Position numbers and translations under genes: made by a program
The notes under the pieces: generated by a model
Database searches by the model: none
What the model saw: the letters and a program-made list of their open reading frames with translations, nothing else
Told to the model about the DNA's origin: nothing
Source of the DNA: Chloroflexota bacterium
GTDB taxonomy: Bacteria; Chloroflexota; Dehalococcoidia; Lucifugimonadales; Australimonadaceae
Direction of reading: 5' to 3'
Assembly (NCBI GenBank): GCA_038109085.1
Contig: JAYNIL010000006.1
Coordinates: forward strand, 1-48,833
Length of the DNA: 48,833 nucleotides
Shown: piece by piece, positions 1 through 8,572 of the stretch
Position numbering within the stretch: position 1 is the stretch's first letter
How the letters are laid out: each line of letters begins with the position of its first letter

Positions 1-182
1 ACCAACTGCTCTGCCGTAGCCTCTCGCCGAGAGGCCTGCGGGAGTGCCCAGTCGGAGGGCGAGTCGGACTCACTGCGGCGAGCCCATTCCCACATGGTGA
101 TTAAACCAGCCACCATGGCTATGGTGAAAACAACGAATCCGATGACGAGGATGGTGAGTTGAAGACCTATATCTCCAGTCAT
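1..182 (-). CDS. small single-pass membrane protein, partial (runs off the window)
   Basis: Manual translation: MTGDIGLQLTILVIGFVVFTIAMVAGLITMWEWARRSESDSP... An AGAGGT RBS overlaps the stop of the upstream ORF. One hydrophobic helix. Not in the ORF track. Confidence 0.6.
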   Translation of the reverse strand, partial: MTGDIGLQLTILVIGFVVFTIAMVAGLITMWEWARRSESDSPSDWALPQASRREATAEQL

Positions 183-185
183 GAA

Positions 186-362
186 TTACCTCTTTCGCAC
201 GAGGGTGCCGAAGGCGAGAATCGAGGGAACCCAGGTCGCAACGAATAGCCCCGTTAACTGATCAATCAGGAACCAGACAGTCACAGATAGACAGAACGAT
301 ACGAAGGCCGCGATCAGCCAGAGGGCGACCGGCCAATTAATTCGTCTTGGTGTGTGCTTCAC
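186..362 (-). CDS. small two-helix membrane protein (58 aa)
   Basis: GTG at 362 preceded by AAGGAAG. Sequence MKHTPRRINWPVALWLIAAFVSFCLSVTVWFLIDQLTGLFVATWVPSILAFGTLVRKR has two hydrophobic segments. Confidence 0.65.
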   Translation of the reverse strand: MKHTPRRINWPVALWLIAAFVSFCLSVTVWFLIDQLTGLFVATWVPSILAFGTLVRKR

Positions 363-390
363 AGTGATACTTCCTTTCACCACCAAGTTA

Positions 391-537
391 TTAGGCCGCC
401 CTTGAGAGGGCTTGCGTACTGGATTGCCATTCGATACGACCACACTGGAGGCACTTTCGGTATTTCCCGTCAAGGTCGTCTATTCGATAAGTGTCCCCGC
501 TGCACCGGCTGCACGACTTGAGCAGAATTCTTTCCAT
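391..537 (-). CDS. small Zn-ribbon protein (48 aa, CxxC...CxxC)
   Basis: GAGGAGG RBS then ATG at 537. KSCSRCSGD...CLQCG gives two CxxC pairs. Confidence 0.75.
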   Translation of the reverse strand: MERILLKSCSRCSGDTYRIDDLDGKYRKCLQCGRIEWQSSTQALSRAA

Positions 538-643
538 GTCAGCCTCCTCAATGTGGTACCAATTACAACGATAGGCTTGCTGTGTGTAATAGAGTACCAA
601 TACTTAACCGGATTGTCTAGTATGTGCTACTATTTGCTTTAAC

Positions 644-1534
644 ATGAGAAAAATAGAGCACATTCCAGAGCCCGCCTCTCCTTCGCAGCGCGACACTGAG
701 TCCTATTTGGCTGCCGTACTTGCAGGGGATGAAGATCAGGCATCTCAAATCGTTGATAAGGTTCTGGATGCGGGCGTTTCAGTTGTCCAGGTGTTTTCTA
801 GGCTCATCGGGCCGGTGCAACGAGAGTTGGGGGAAATGTGGGCAGCGGACAGACTTAGCATCGCGTTAGAGCATCGCGCTACGGAGATAACCGCGCGTCA
901 GATCGAGCGAATCCGCGCCAGAGCACCTCGTAGGAGGGCGTTGGGGGCTACTGCAGCTGTTGCCTGTGTGGCGGGAGAGCAGCACGCGATGGGAGCCCGT
1001 ATCGTGGCAGATCTGCTCTTCCTGGATGGATGGCGTGTCGACTTTCTTGGGCCAAATGTTCCGGGAGAGGTCATCGCTGAGTTCGTTGCTGAGCAGGGAA
1101 CAAATGTGGTCGTGCTGTCGGTAGTGCTCGAGGATCACGTGGCTTCGGTAGGGGAGGCGGTTGCTGCGGTACGTCGGAGTGCCCCTTCGGCGAAGATATT
1201 GGTTGGCGGTCCGGGGATCGATGAAGCGGGAGTGCTCTTAGCAGGAGCCGATGCGCACGTAGCAACGGCCGAAGATGTGGCGTTGGTGGCTCGGAATGCG
1301 GCCGGGGTACCGATGCAGTTGTCCCTGTATGAAGTGCTAGGCCTAATCGGGAAGCGGATTGAAGCTGAGCGAAAGATGCGCAAGATGAGCCAGCAGGCGC
1401 TGGCAGATGCATCGGGCTTGGATCGGGCTTACATCAGCAATGTGGAGCGGGGCAAACAGAATGTCACGATCGCGGCGTTGCTGCGGTTTGCTGACGCCTT
1501 GGGACTGAGCCTCGGGCAGCTCATCGATGAATGA
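644..1534 (+). CDS. cobalamin-binding transcriptional regulator: B12-binding_2 cap + B12 Rossmann domain + C-terminal XRE HTH
   Basis: W-x9-EH (WAADRLSIALEH), E-x-H-x-x-G (GEQHAMG), GWRVDFLG, VLS and VGG B12-binding motifs. C-terminal RKMRKMSQQALADASGLDRAYISNVERGKQN is an XRE HTH. Confidence 0.9.
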   Translation: MRKIEHIPEPASPSQRDTESYLAAVLAGDEDQASQIVDKVLDAGVSVVQVFSRLIGPVQRELGEMWAADRLSIALEHRATEITARQIERIRARAPRRRALGATAAVACVAGEQHAMGARIVADLLFLDGWRVDFLGPNVPGEVIAEFVAEQGTNVVVLSVVLEDHVASVGEAVAAVRRSAPSAKILVGGPGIDEAGVLLAGADAHVATAEDVALVARNAAGVPMQLSLYEVLGLIGKRIEAERKMRKMSQQALADASGLDRAYISNVERGKQNVTIAALLRFADALGLSLGQLIDE

Positions 1535-2044
1535 GGCCCCAAGCTACTTAGGCACTACCGCACCAGTTTCCTAACCGCCTCTATAGACGAGGAGCGCCAG
1601 GACTCACGAGCTAGACAAGATTTTCTTAGCAGCACGTCGCTATTGGCTCTAAGGACCGTCTTGGTGGTGGCTCCCAGCGGAGCGAGTGAGGGCAGCAGAA
1701 ACGCAGCCGGCGATCTGGCGCCCAAGGCTGAGCCTCCAATGCCCAGCGCGGGCCTGCGTTTCCCGAATTGCCGGGCTTTGTGAGGCCCCAGGGCTCGGAA
1801 GGTCCCCCGTGTATTCCTGGAGCCCATTGCACATAGAGTTATTCGCAGCTATAGGGGTTTGTTCGTAGATCCTCCCCCGTCGCGCGAGCCGGTCACCGCC
1901 CTCCCGGAGCCGGAGGCGCCAAACGGGTGATCCAACTCTCAGTAAGCCGCCGTGTCGTCCGAGGGCCGCACGAGTCCCCGTTCTTGGCCCACCCCAAACC
2001 TATAGCGGAGGGTATGATGCTCCCACCAATAGCAGGAGGCGAGC

Positions 2045-2410
2045 ATGCAGGTCCGCAACCTCAACACGACGCCCAAGATCTCCGGCGCGGGGCCGCTGTT
2101 TACTAGCGACGATGTGCAGCGGGTTCCCTTGGCACCCGACTCCACCGACTTCAACGCCGCCGTCGTCCATTTCGGCCCGGGCGTGCGGAACAAGTTCCAC
2201 TACCATGCATCGGACCAGATCCTGGTCGTCACCGAGGGCACGGGCAAGGTGGTGACTAAGGCGGGGGAAGAGGTCACCGTGCGCGTGGGCGACGTCGTCT
2301 TCGCACCGGCAGGTGAGGAGCACTGGCACGGCGCGCTGGAGGACGGCGGGGCCTTCGCACACATCACCGTCACCCGCAAGGACGGCTCCGTCACGCAGAC
2401 GGAGGCCTAG
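2045..2410 (+). CDS. cupin-domain protein
   Basis: HYHASDQILVVTEGTG and GDVVFAPAGEEHWHGA cupin motifs; AGGAGG RBS. Confidence 0.9.
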   Translation: MQVRNLNTTPKISGAGPLFTSDDVQRVPLAPDSTDFNAAVVHFGPGVRNKFHYHASDQILVVTEGTGKVVTKAGEEVTVRVGDVVFAPAGEEHWHGALEDGGAFAHITVTRKDGSVTQTEA

Positions 2411-2445
2411 AAAGACCTGCTAGCATCGTTGGCCGGAGGTCTCCC

Positions 2446-2757
2446 TTGTTCATCACCGTCTCTCGTTTCGCCGCGTCCCCTCGTGAGGTGGACTTCGATG
2501 CGCTCCAGCAGCAGCTACAACTTGACGTGTTGCCGGAGCTGCGCCACCTGAACGGCTATGAGGGGTGCTACCTGCTGCGCGCTGGCTACCAGGAGGGAAT
2601 GCTCCTGCTGCTGTGGGAGACGGAGGACGCGGCGGCAGCCGCGCGTAAGAGCGGGGCCAGCGCCGATGTGCTGGCTGGCCTCCTGGAGCTCATGTCCAAG
2701 CGCCTGCCCTCAGCGGGCGGCTTCGACGTGGCCTACGCCGACCACCCGGTGGACTAG
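2446..2757 (+). CDS. ABM-like (dimeric alpha+beta barrel) small protein
   Basis: TTG start after GGAGGT. VLPELRHLNGYEGCYLL...LLLWETEDAA resembles the ABM-like pattern. Confidence 0.65.
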   Translation: MFITVSRFAASPREVDFDALQQQLQLDVLPELRHLNGYEGCYLLRAGYQEGMLLLLWETEDAAAAARKSGASADVLAGLLELMSKRLPSAGGFDVAYADHPVD

Positions 2758-2765
2758 GGGAACGC

Positions 2766-3719
2766 ATGGATATTGGACTGATGGTGGAGGGCCAAGCGGG
2801 CCTCAACTGGGAGCGCTGGATTCACGTCCTGCGCCTGGCCGAGCGGGCGGGATTCCCCTCGCTGTTCCGCTCCGACCACTACTTCATCGGCCCCCAGCAC
2901 GACTCGCTGGAGGCGTTCATCTCCCTCACCGTGGCCGCCCGTGAGACCCAGCGCATCCGCTTCGGCGTGCTGGTGAGCCCCGTGACCTTCCGCCACCCCG
3001 TGGACGTGGCGCGCATGGCGGGGCAGATAGACTTGCTCTCCGGCGGGCGGCTGGTGCTGGGCGTGGGCAATGGCTGGAACGAGCCGGAGCACGCGGCCTA
3101 CGGGCTCCCCTTCCCGGAGCCAGCCGAGCGCTCGCGTCGTCTCGAAGAAGCCGTCCACGTGATGCGCGCCCTCTGGGGCCCCGGTCCGGCCTCCTACAAG
3201 GGGCGCTACTATCGGCTGGAGGGCGCGGACATGCTGCCCAAGCCCGCAGGCGGTCGACCGCACCTGCTCATCGGCGGCAGCGGGCCCAAGCGCACACTCA
3301 AGCTAGCGGCCCAGCACGCCGACGAGTGGAACTCCGTCAACGCACCGCCAGAGGTCATCTCCGAGCGGGTGGGCATTCTGCGCGAACACTGCGAGGCCAT
3401 CGGCCGCGACCCGGCCAGCATCCGCAAGGGCGTGATGGTATTTGCCGCCGTGGGCCGCACGCGGCGTGAGGTGGAGGCGGCGGCGGACGGCATCCGGCGC
3501 CTCACCTTCCGGGGCGAGGACCTCACGCCTGCGCAGACCATCGCCAGGGCCCGTGAGCGAGGCATGCTGGTGGGCACGCTGGACGAGGTGATGGAGCGGT
3601 TGGAGGGGTACGCGCGTGCAGGGATCGACGAGGTGCAGTTTCAGCACATGAATTTCGAGGACGACACGCTCCCGGAGTGGCTCGCCGCCGAGGTCGCCCC
3701 CGCCGCCCGCTCCCTCTAG
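2766..3719 (+). CDS. LLM-class (probably F420-dependent) oxidoreductase
   Basis: AERAGF..FRSDH, RFGVLVSPVTFRHP, LSGGRLVLGVGNGWNEPEHAAYG, LIGGSG. Confidence 0.92.
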   Translation: MDIGLMVEGQAGLNWERWIHVLRLAERAGFPSLFRSDHYFIGPQHDSLEAFISLTVAARETQRIRFGVLVSPVTFRHPVDVARMAGQIDLLSGGRLVLGVGNGWNEPEHAAYGLPFPEPAERSRRLEEAVHVMRALWGPGPASYKGRYYRLEGADMLPKPAGGRPHLLIGGSGPKRTLKLAAQHADEWNSVNAPPEVISERVGILREHCEAIGRDPASIRKGVMVFAAVGRTRREVEAAADGIRRLTFRGEDLTPAQTIARARERGMLVGTLDEVMERLEGYARAGIDEVQFQHMNFEDDTLPEWLAAEVAPAARSL

Positions 3720-3730
3720 CGCCCGCGCGC

Positions 3731-3759
3731 TTGACCGTCCACGCGCGCATGCGTAGCCT
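3731..3759 (+). promoter_or_regulatory. sigma70-type promoter candidate
   Basis: TTGACC-17 bp-TAGCCT upstream of the amidase gene. Confidence 0.5.
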
Positions 3760-3786
3760 GCGCCCACCTTGCGGCAGGAGGGGCAT

Positions 3787-4539
3787 ATGGCCCGCGTATG
3801 GGACGCCTATCTCACTGAGCAGGACCGCGCGCATGTCGAGCGTGCCGGGCACGGCCCTCGTGGGTGGGGCCAGCGCCCCGCGCTGCTGCTAGTGGACCTG
3901 TACCGGTGGGTATTCGGCGATGAGCCCCAGCCCCTGCTAGAGGCGGTGGAGCGCTGGCCTGCCTCCTGCGGGCTGGCCGGGTGGGAGGCCCTGCCTCACA
4001 TCCAGCGCCTGCTGGCGGCCGCGCGCGAGGCCGGGGTGCCAGTGGCCCACGCCACGGGGCTGCACGAGTCCGAGTCGGGCCTGGTGGGTTGGAGCGAAAA
4101 CCCGCGCTCGCGCGCATCCAAGTCAGGCTACATGGGCGGTGCGTCCAAGCGAGATGCCTCCATCTACGACATAATGCCCCAGGTCGCGCCCATCGCGGGT
4201 GAGGCGCTGGTGCGCAAGGCCTCGCCCAGCCCCTTCTTCGGCACGCCGCTGGTGGGGCACCTGACCGGGCTGGGCGTGGACACGCTCATCATCGTGGGGG
4301 AGACCACCTCCGGGTGCATACGCGCCTCGGTGGTGGACGCCTGCACCCACCGCTACAGAGTGGTGGTGCCGGAGGAGTGCGTCTTCGACCGCCACCAGGC
4401 CGCGCACGCCATCAACCTGTTCGACATGCACCACAAGTACGCCGACGTGCTCCCGCTGGAGGAGGTGCTGGCCTGGCTCGAAGGCTGGCAGGCCCCGCAC
4501 GGATACGGCACCAAGGAGGCAGCCCATGGGCAGGCTTGA
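3787..4539 (+). CDS. isochorismatase-family cysteine hydrolase (maleamate/N-carbamoylsarcosine amidase-like)
   Basis: PALLLVD, RKASPSPFFGT and GETTSGCIRASVVDA supply the Asp-Lys-Cys triad. AGGAGG RBS before ATG 3787. Confidence 0.9.
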   Translation: MARVWDAYLTEQDRAHVERAGHGPRGWGQRPALLLVDLYRWVFGDEPQPLLEAVERWPASCGLAGWEALPHIQRLLAAAREAGVPVAHATGLHESESGLVGWSENPRSRASKSGYMGGASKRDASIYDIMPQVAPIAGEALVRKASPSPFFGTPLVGHLTGLGVDTLIIVGETTSGCIRASVVDACTHRYRVVVPEECVFDRHQAAHAINLFDMHHKYADVLPLEEVLAWLEGWQAPHGYGTKEAAHGQA

Positions 4540-5284
4540 GGGACGGGCCATCATCGTGACGGGGGGCGCCGCGGGCATCGGCCGCGCCTTCGCCGAGGCA
4601 TACGTGCGGGAGGGCGCGCGCGTCCTCATTGCCGACATCAATGGCCCCGAGGCTGAGCGCACCGCCGCCGCGCTGGGTGAGTTGGGGGGCGATGCCCTGC
4701 CGGTGCGGACGGACGTCTCTTCCGTGGAGGACACCGAGGCCATGGCCGCCGCTGCCATGGAGCGCTGGGGGCGCATCGACGGGCTGGTGAACAACGCCGC
4801 CATCGCCATCCGAGTCAAGCACACCGTGGCGCCCATGGAGGAGATAGACCCCGCAGAGTGGGACCGCATCATCAACGTGAACCTGCGCGGGGTGTTCCTC
4901 TCCTCGCGAGCGGTGGTGCCCCACATGAAGGCGGCGCGCTACGGCAAGATCATCAACATCGCCTCCGGCACGGCGTTCAACGGGCGTCCGTTCCTCTCCC
5001 ACTACGTCGCATCCAAAGGCGGCGTGCTCACCTTCACCCGCTCGCTGGCGCGGGAGGTGGGGGATTGGAACATCACCGTCAACTCCATCGCACCCGGCCT
5101 CACTGCCTCCGAGACGGAGGAGACGCCCATATCCCGCTATGAGGCGCGCGTGCCAGACCGGGCCATCAAGCGGGTCGAGACCCCTGCTGACCTGGTGGGT
5201 GCTGGGGTATTCTTCATCTCGTCCGAATCCGACTTCATCACTGGCCAGTCGCTCATTGTCGATGGCGGCGTGGCGATGAACTAG
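4526..5284 (+). CDS. SDR-family oxidoreductase
   Basis: TGGAAGIG, NNAA, YVASK (YxxxK), VNSIAPG. Confidence 0.95.
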   Translation: MGRLEGRAIIVTGGAAGIGRAFAEAYVREGARVLIADINGPEAERTAAALGELGGDALPVRTDVSSVEDTEAMAAAAMERWGRIDGLVNNAAIAIRVKHTVAPMEEIDPAEWDRIINVNLRGVFLSSRAVVPHMKAARYGKIINIASGTAFNGRPFLSHYVASKGGVLTFTRSLAREVGDWNITVNSIAPGLTASETEETPISRYEARVPDRAIKRVETPADLVGAGVFFISSESDFITGQSLIVDGGVAMN

Positions 5285-5325
5285 TAGCCAGTCCACCAGC
5301 AAATACGCCGCAGAGGTTCCGCCGC

Positions 5326-6462
5326 ATGGGAGAGGTCGTCTTCGCCGCAGCCACCGTCCACGCCCCGCAGTTGCTCACCCGCCCGCCGCAGGAGGACCCA
5401 GCACAGCTGGACGCCGACATAGCGGCCATGAACGAGCTGGGTGCGCTGCTGGACGAGACCAAGCCCGACGTGCTGTTGCTCATTGGCATCGACCACGTGG
5501 AGACGTTCTGGCTTACGGCGGTGCCGCAGTTCGCCGTCATCACCGGCGCGCGGGCCACGGCCGAGTACGCGGGGCACACCTACGCCCCGTCCATCCACCA
5601 GCCGTTCGCGCGGGGGTTGCTGGAGGGGCTGGTGGAGCGCGGGATAGACCTCTCCTACGCACAGGACGCACTGCTGGGCCACGCCTTCGCTGTGCCCCTG
5701 GAGTACGTCCACCAAGGCCGCGCCATCCCCGTGGTGCCCATGTTCGTCAACGCATACCTGCCCCCGCTGCCCACCACGGAGCGGTGCGTCCAGGTGGGCA
5801 GGGCCATCGGCGAGGTCATCGCCTCCCGGCCGGAGCGGGTGGCTATCCTGGCCTCTGGGGGCATGTCCCACTACCCCGGCACCTGGAAGTACTACCACCC
5901 GGAGTACGGCTTTGACCACTGGGCCATCCAGGAGATCGAGGAAGGTCGCTTCGCCGCCCTGGTTGAGCTCACGGGCGAGCAGCTGGATGAGGTTGGCAAC
6001 ACCGAGCTGCTGCCCTGGCTCATCATGCAGGGCGCCACGGGCGTCCAGCGTGGCGAGCTGCTCACCTACCAGCCCACCTCCCACCACGGCCACGCGGTGA
6101 TGCGCTTCATCCCCGACCGGGGCGGGCGCGGCCAAACACACCAAGACCTGCCGCCCTATGGAGGCTTCGAGTTCGCGGGGAAGGGGTACGAGTTCTACAA
6201 GTACCCGACGCCCGAGGATTTCCCCCTCAATAACGCCCTATACCTGCTGCGCACCGACCACACGCATCTGGAGCGGTTCCTGGACAAGCCTGACGCCTAC
6301 TGTAGCGACCTCGGTCTCTCAGCGGCCCAGGGCAAGGCGCTCAAACAGATGACCACCGACGCGGTGGTGGCGGAGGGGGCCCACGGCATCCTTGCCATCA
6401 CGGCCATGCTGGTGATTCAGCGGGCCAAGCGCGAGCGCGAGGCCAGCAAGGCCGCCCACTAG
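5326..6462 (+). CDS. class III (LigB-type) extradiol ring-cleavage dioxygenase with fused C-terminal LigA-like domain
   Basis: TVHAP, DHVETF, GHAFAVPL, SGGMSH, FD and GNTELLPW LigB motifs. The C-terminal LNNALYLL...RFLDKPDAYCSDLGLSAAQ resembles LigA. Confidence 0.85.
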   Translation: MGEVVFAAATVHAPQLLTRPPQEDPAQLDADIAAMNELGALLDETKPDVLLLIGIDHVETFWLTAVPQFAVITGARATAEYAGHTYAPSIHQPFARGLLEGLVERGIDLSYAQDALLGHAFAVPLEYVHQGRAIPVVPMFVNAYLPPLPTTERCVQVGRAIGEVIASRPERVAILASGGMSHYPGTWKYYHPEYGFDHWAIQEIEEGRFAALVELTGEQLDEVGNTELLPWLIMQGATGVQRGELLTYQPTSHHGHAVMRFIPDRGGRGQTHQDLPPYGGFEFAGKGYEFYKYPTPEDFPLNNALYLLRTDHTHLERFLDKPDAYCSDLGLSAAQGKALKQMTTDAVVAEGAHGILAITAMLVIQRAKREREASKAAH

Positions 6463-7457
6463 GGCAGGGTGGCCAGGGCCAGGCAGAAGCGTTCGGCCGG
6501 GATCTCATGGACGAACAGCTCGTCGAGCGCCAATCCGGCGTCCGCGAGGGCCGTGCGGGCTGAATCCGGCGTGAACTTGTAGGAACTCTCCGTCCAGATG
6601 GACTCGCCAGCGCTCAGGTGCACGGTCATGTCCAGCGCCGGGATGAGCACCGTCTGGGCCTCCCGCGCCACCAGGTGCATCTCGATGCGCGAGGCCTGCT
6701 GGTTGAAGAAGGCCCGGTGCGCGAATGCATCGGTGTCGAACGCAGCGCCCAACTCACGGTTCAGCACCCGCAACACGTTGCGGTTGAACGCCGCGGTCAC
6801 CCCCGCCGCATCATCGTAGGCAGCCTCGATTGTGGCCTGCTCCTTCACCATGTCCATACCCACCAGCAGATGGTCGCCCGGCGCTAGCAGCCCGCTCACC
6901 TTCCGCAGGAAGCGCGTGCGCTCGTCGTGTGCCAGGTTGCCGATGGTCCCACCCAGGAACAGCACCAACCGTCCGCCGGCGCTGGGGGGAACCCGAACTA
7001 GGTGGCGCTCGAAATCACCCACCACCCCATGCACTTGCAGGAAGGAGAACTCGGCCAGCAGCGCCAGGGACGAGTCCCGGATCATGGTGGGGCTGACGTC
7101 GAAGGGGACGTAGCGGCGGAGGTGCTCGGGCGCCGAGGGCGCCCCCAGGAGCACGCGGGTCTTGGAGGCCGAACCGGAACCCAGCTCCACGATCTCCGAC
7201 GGGCGCAGCCGCACCATCAACTCCGGCGCGATGCGCTCCAGCAGCGCGCGCTCCGCCCGGGTGGGGTAGTACTCGGCGAGCCCGGTGATGCGCTCGAACA
7301 GAGCCGAGCCCTCGGCGTCGTAGAAGTACTTGGGAGGCAGCTGCTTGGGCGTGGACGAAAGGCCGCGCCGCACGTCTAAGGCGAGCGCTGCGCCGAAGTC
7401 TTCCCCTTCCAGGTGGTTGTCCAGTGTGAAGCGTGAGCCGGTGGAGATATGCGTCAT
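6459..7457 (-). CDS. egtD: L-histidine N-alpha-methyltransferase (ergothioneine biosynthesis)
   Basis: PKQLPPKYFYDAEGSALFERIT..EYYPTRAE, VELGSG, FLGGTIGN, AYDDAAGVTAAFNRN, TESSYKF. Start trimmed to ATG 7457. Confidence 0.95.
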   Translation of the reverse strand: MTHISTGSRFTLDNHLEGEDFGAALALDVRRGLSSTPKQLPPKYFYDAEGSALFERITGLAEYYPTRAERALLERIAPELMVRLRPSEIVELGSGSASKTRVLLGAPSAPEHLRRYVPFDVSPTMIRDSSLALLAEFSFLQVHGVVGDFERHLVRVPPSAGGRLVLFLGGTIGNLAHDERTRFLRKVSGLLAPGDHLLVGMDMVKEQATIEAAYDDAAGVTAAFNRNVLRVLNRELGAAFDTDAFAHRAFFNQQASRIEMHLVAREAQTVLIPALDMTVHLSAGESIWTESSYKFTPDSARTALADAGLALDELFVHEIPAERFCLALATLP

Positions 7458-7537
7458 GGGGCCTCGGCACAACCCTATCAGGCGGCGCTCATCGTGTCGA
7501 AGCCTCAGATGCGCGCATGGGCCTCGGCGGTGCAGGC

Positions 7538-8002
7538 TCAGGCCAGTCCGCGCTCCACCAGCAGGAGCAGGACGTCGGAGAGCAGGAAGATCGCCAGGCC
7601 CAGCACCAGCGTCATATGCACGTGGCCCAGGGCGTTTACCGCCATGCGCAGCCGCCCCTTCGGTACCTCGGAGCCGGAGCGTCCGCTCCTGCCCACCACC
7701 AGGAAGAACATCCAGGCTGAGAGGGCTATCTTGGCGCCCAGCACGGCCCCGTACGCTGCGGTGGAGGTGGACTCGGACAGCCGGCTGACGGCCAGAATGC
7801 CCCCGGTTATCGCGAGGGTCCACATGGACATGCCCACCAATTGGCCGAACTCGGCCCCCGCGAAGCGCGCCAGGGCAGGGGGGGCGATGTTCGCTCGCAC
7901 GGCTGGACGCACCACCACCCAGTAGAAGATGCCGCCGCCCACCCACGCAACGGCGGCAACCGCGTGAAGCCAGCGGATCAGGAGGAGCAGGGCGTCGGTC
8001 AT
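7538..8002 (-). CDS. CopD/DUF4149-like four-helix membrane protein
   Basis: RWLHAVAAVAWVGG, ITG, YG..L..K motifs; four hydrophobic helices. Confidence 0.75.
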   Translation of the reverse strand: MTDALLLLIRWLHAVAAVAWVGGGIFYWVVVRPAVRANIAPPALARFAGAEFGQLVGMSMWTLAITGGILAVSRLSESTSTAAYGAVLGAKIALSAWMFFLVVGRSGRSGSEVPKGRLRMAVNALGHVHMTLVLGLAIFLLSDVLLLLVERGLA

Positions 8003-8167
8003 GGGGAGATGCTAGCGCACGGGGGACTTCCCCGCGACCTCCGGTCGCTCGATGGAGGGGGGGCGCTCATGGCAGCGGGCAACCGCCAGCACCGTGCAGA
8101 ACAGGGCGATTCGCGGGTACAATCGCCGCGACCACCCCGGGTTCGCCCGGTGAGCGCGAGGTGAGCC

Positions 8168-8518
8168 ATGGCAGCGACGGTGAAGTTCTACTGGTACCCC
8201 AAGTGAACCACTTGCCAGAAGGCGAGGGCGTGGCTCTCGCAGGAGGCGGTGCCCTTTGAGGAGCGTGACTACTTCAAGCAGCCCTTCAGTCGTGATGAGC
8301 TAGTGCTGCTGCTGGATGGGGCATCGCCCCGAACGGTGCTCAACGCGAAGTCGGTGGCCTTCAAGAAGTCCGGGCTGAACGCGGACGAGCTACCGGACGA
8401 GCGCATCCTGGAGCTGCTGCTGGAGGAGCCGCGCTACTTCAAGCGCCCGCTGGTGGTGGCCGACGGAAGGCTGCTGGTGGGCCTCAACGCCCAGAAGCTG
8501 GCCGAGGCTCTAGATTAG
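8168..8518 (+). CDS. ArsC/Spx-family thioredoxin-fold protein with UxxC motif (probable selenoprotein; TGA at 8204-8206)
   Basis: GAGGTG RBS, then MAATVKFYWYPK-TGA-TTCQKARAWL continuing in frame into the track ORF 8249-8518 (...EPRYFKRPLVVADGRLLVG). The TGA sits at the first Cys of the family CxxC. Confidence 0.85.
8207..8250 (+). promoter_or_regulatory. bacterial SECIS-like stem-loop
   Basis: GCGAGGGC-GTG-GCTCTCGC hairpin at 8222-8240 with a G-led apical loop 24 nt after the TGA; flanking ACC/GGT can extend the stem. Confidence 0.6.
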
Positions 8519-8572
8519 TTCTAACGTAAGTTGCGGGCTGGTGCGCCCGCCCATGCACATGGGGAGGGTCGG

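Noticed and set aside
1555-1868. Several 60-90 aa ORFs on both strands
   Set aside because: No RBS, no motifs and mutually overlapping; probably non-coding.
7458-7946. Long N-terminal extension of egtD in the ORF track (495 aa)
   Set aside because: It overlaps the CopD-like gene in another frame; EgtD homology begins after Met 7457.
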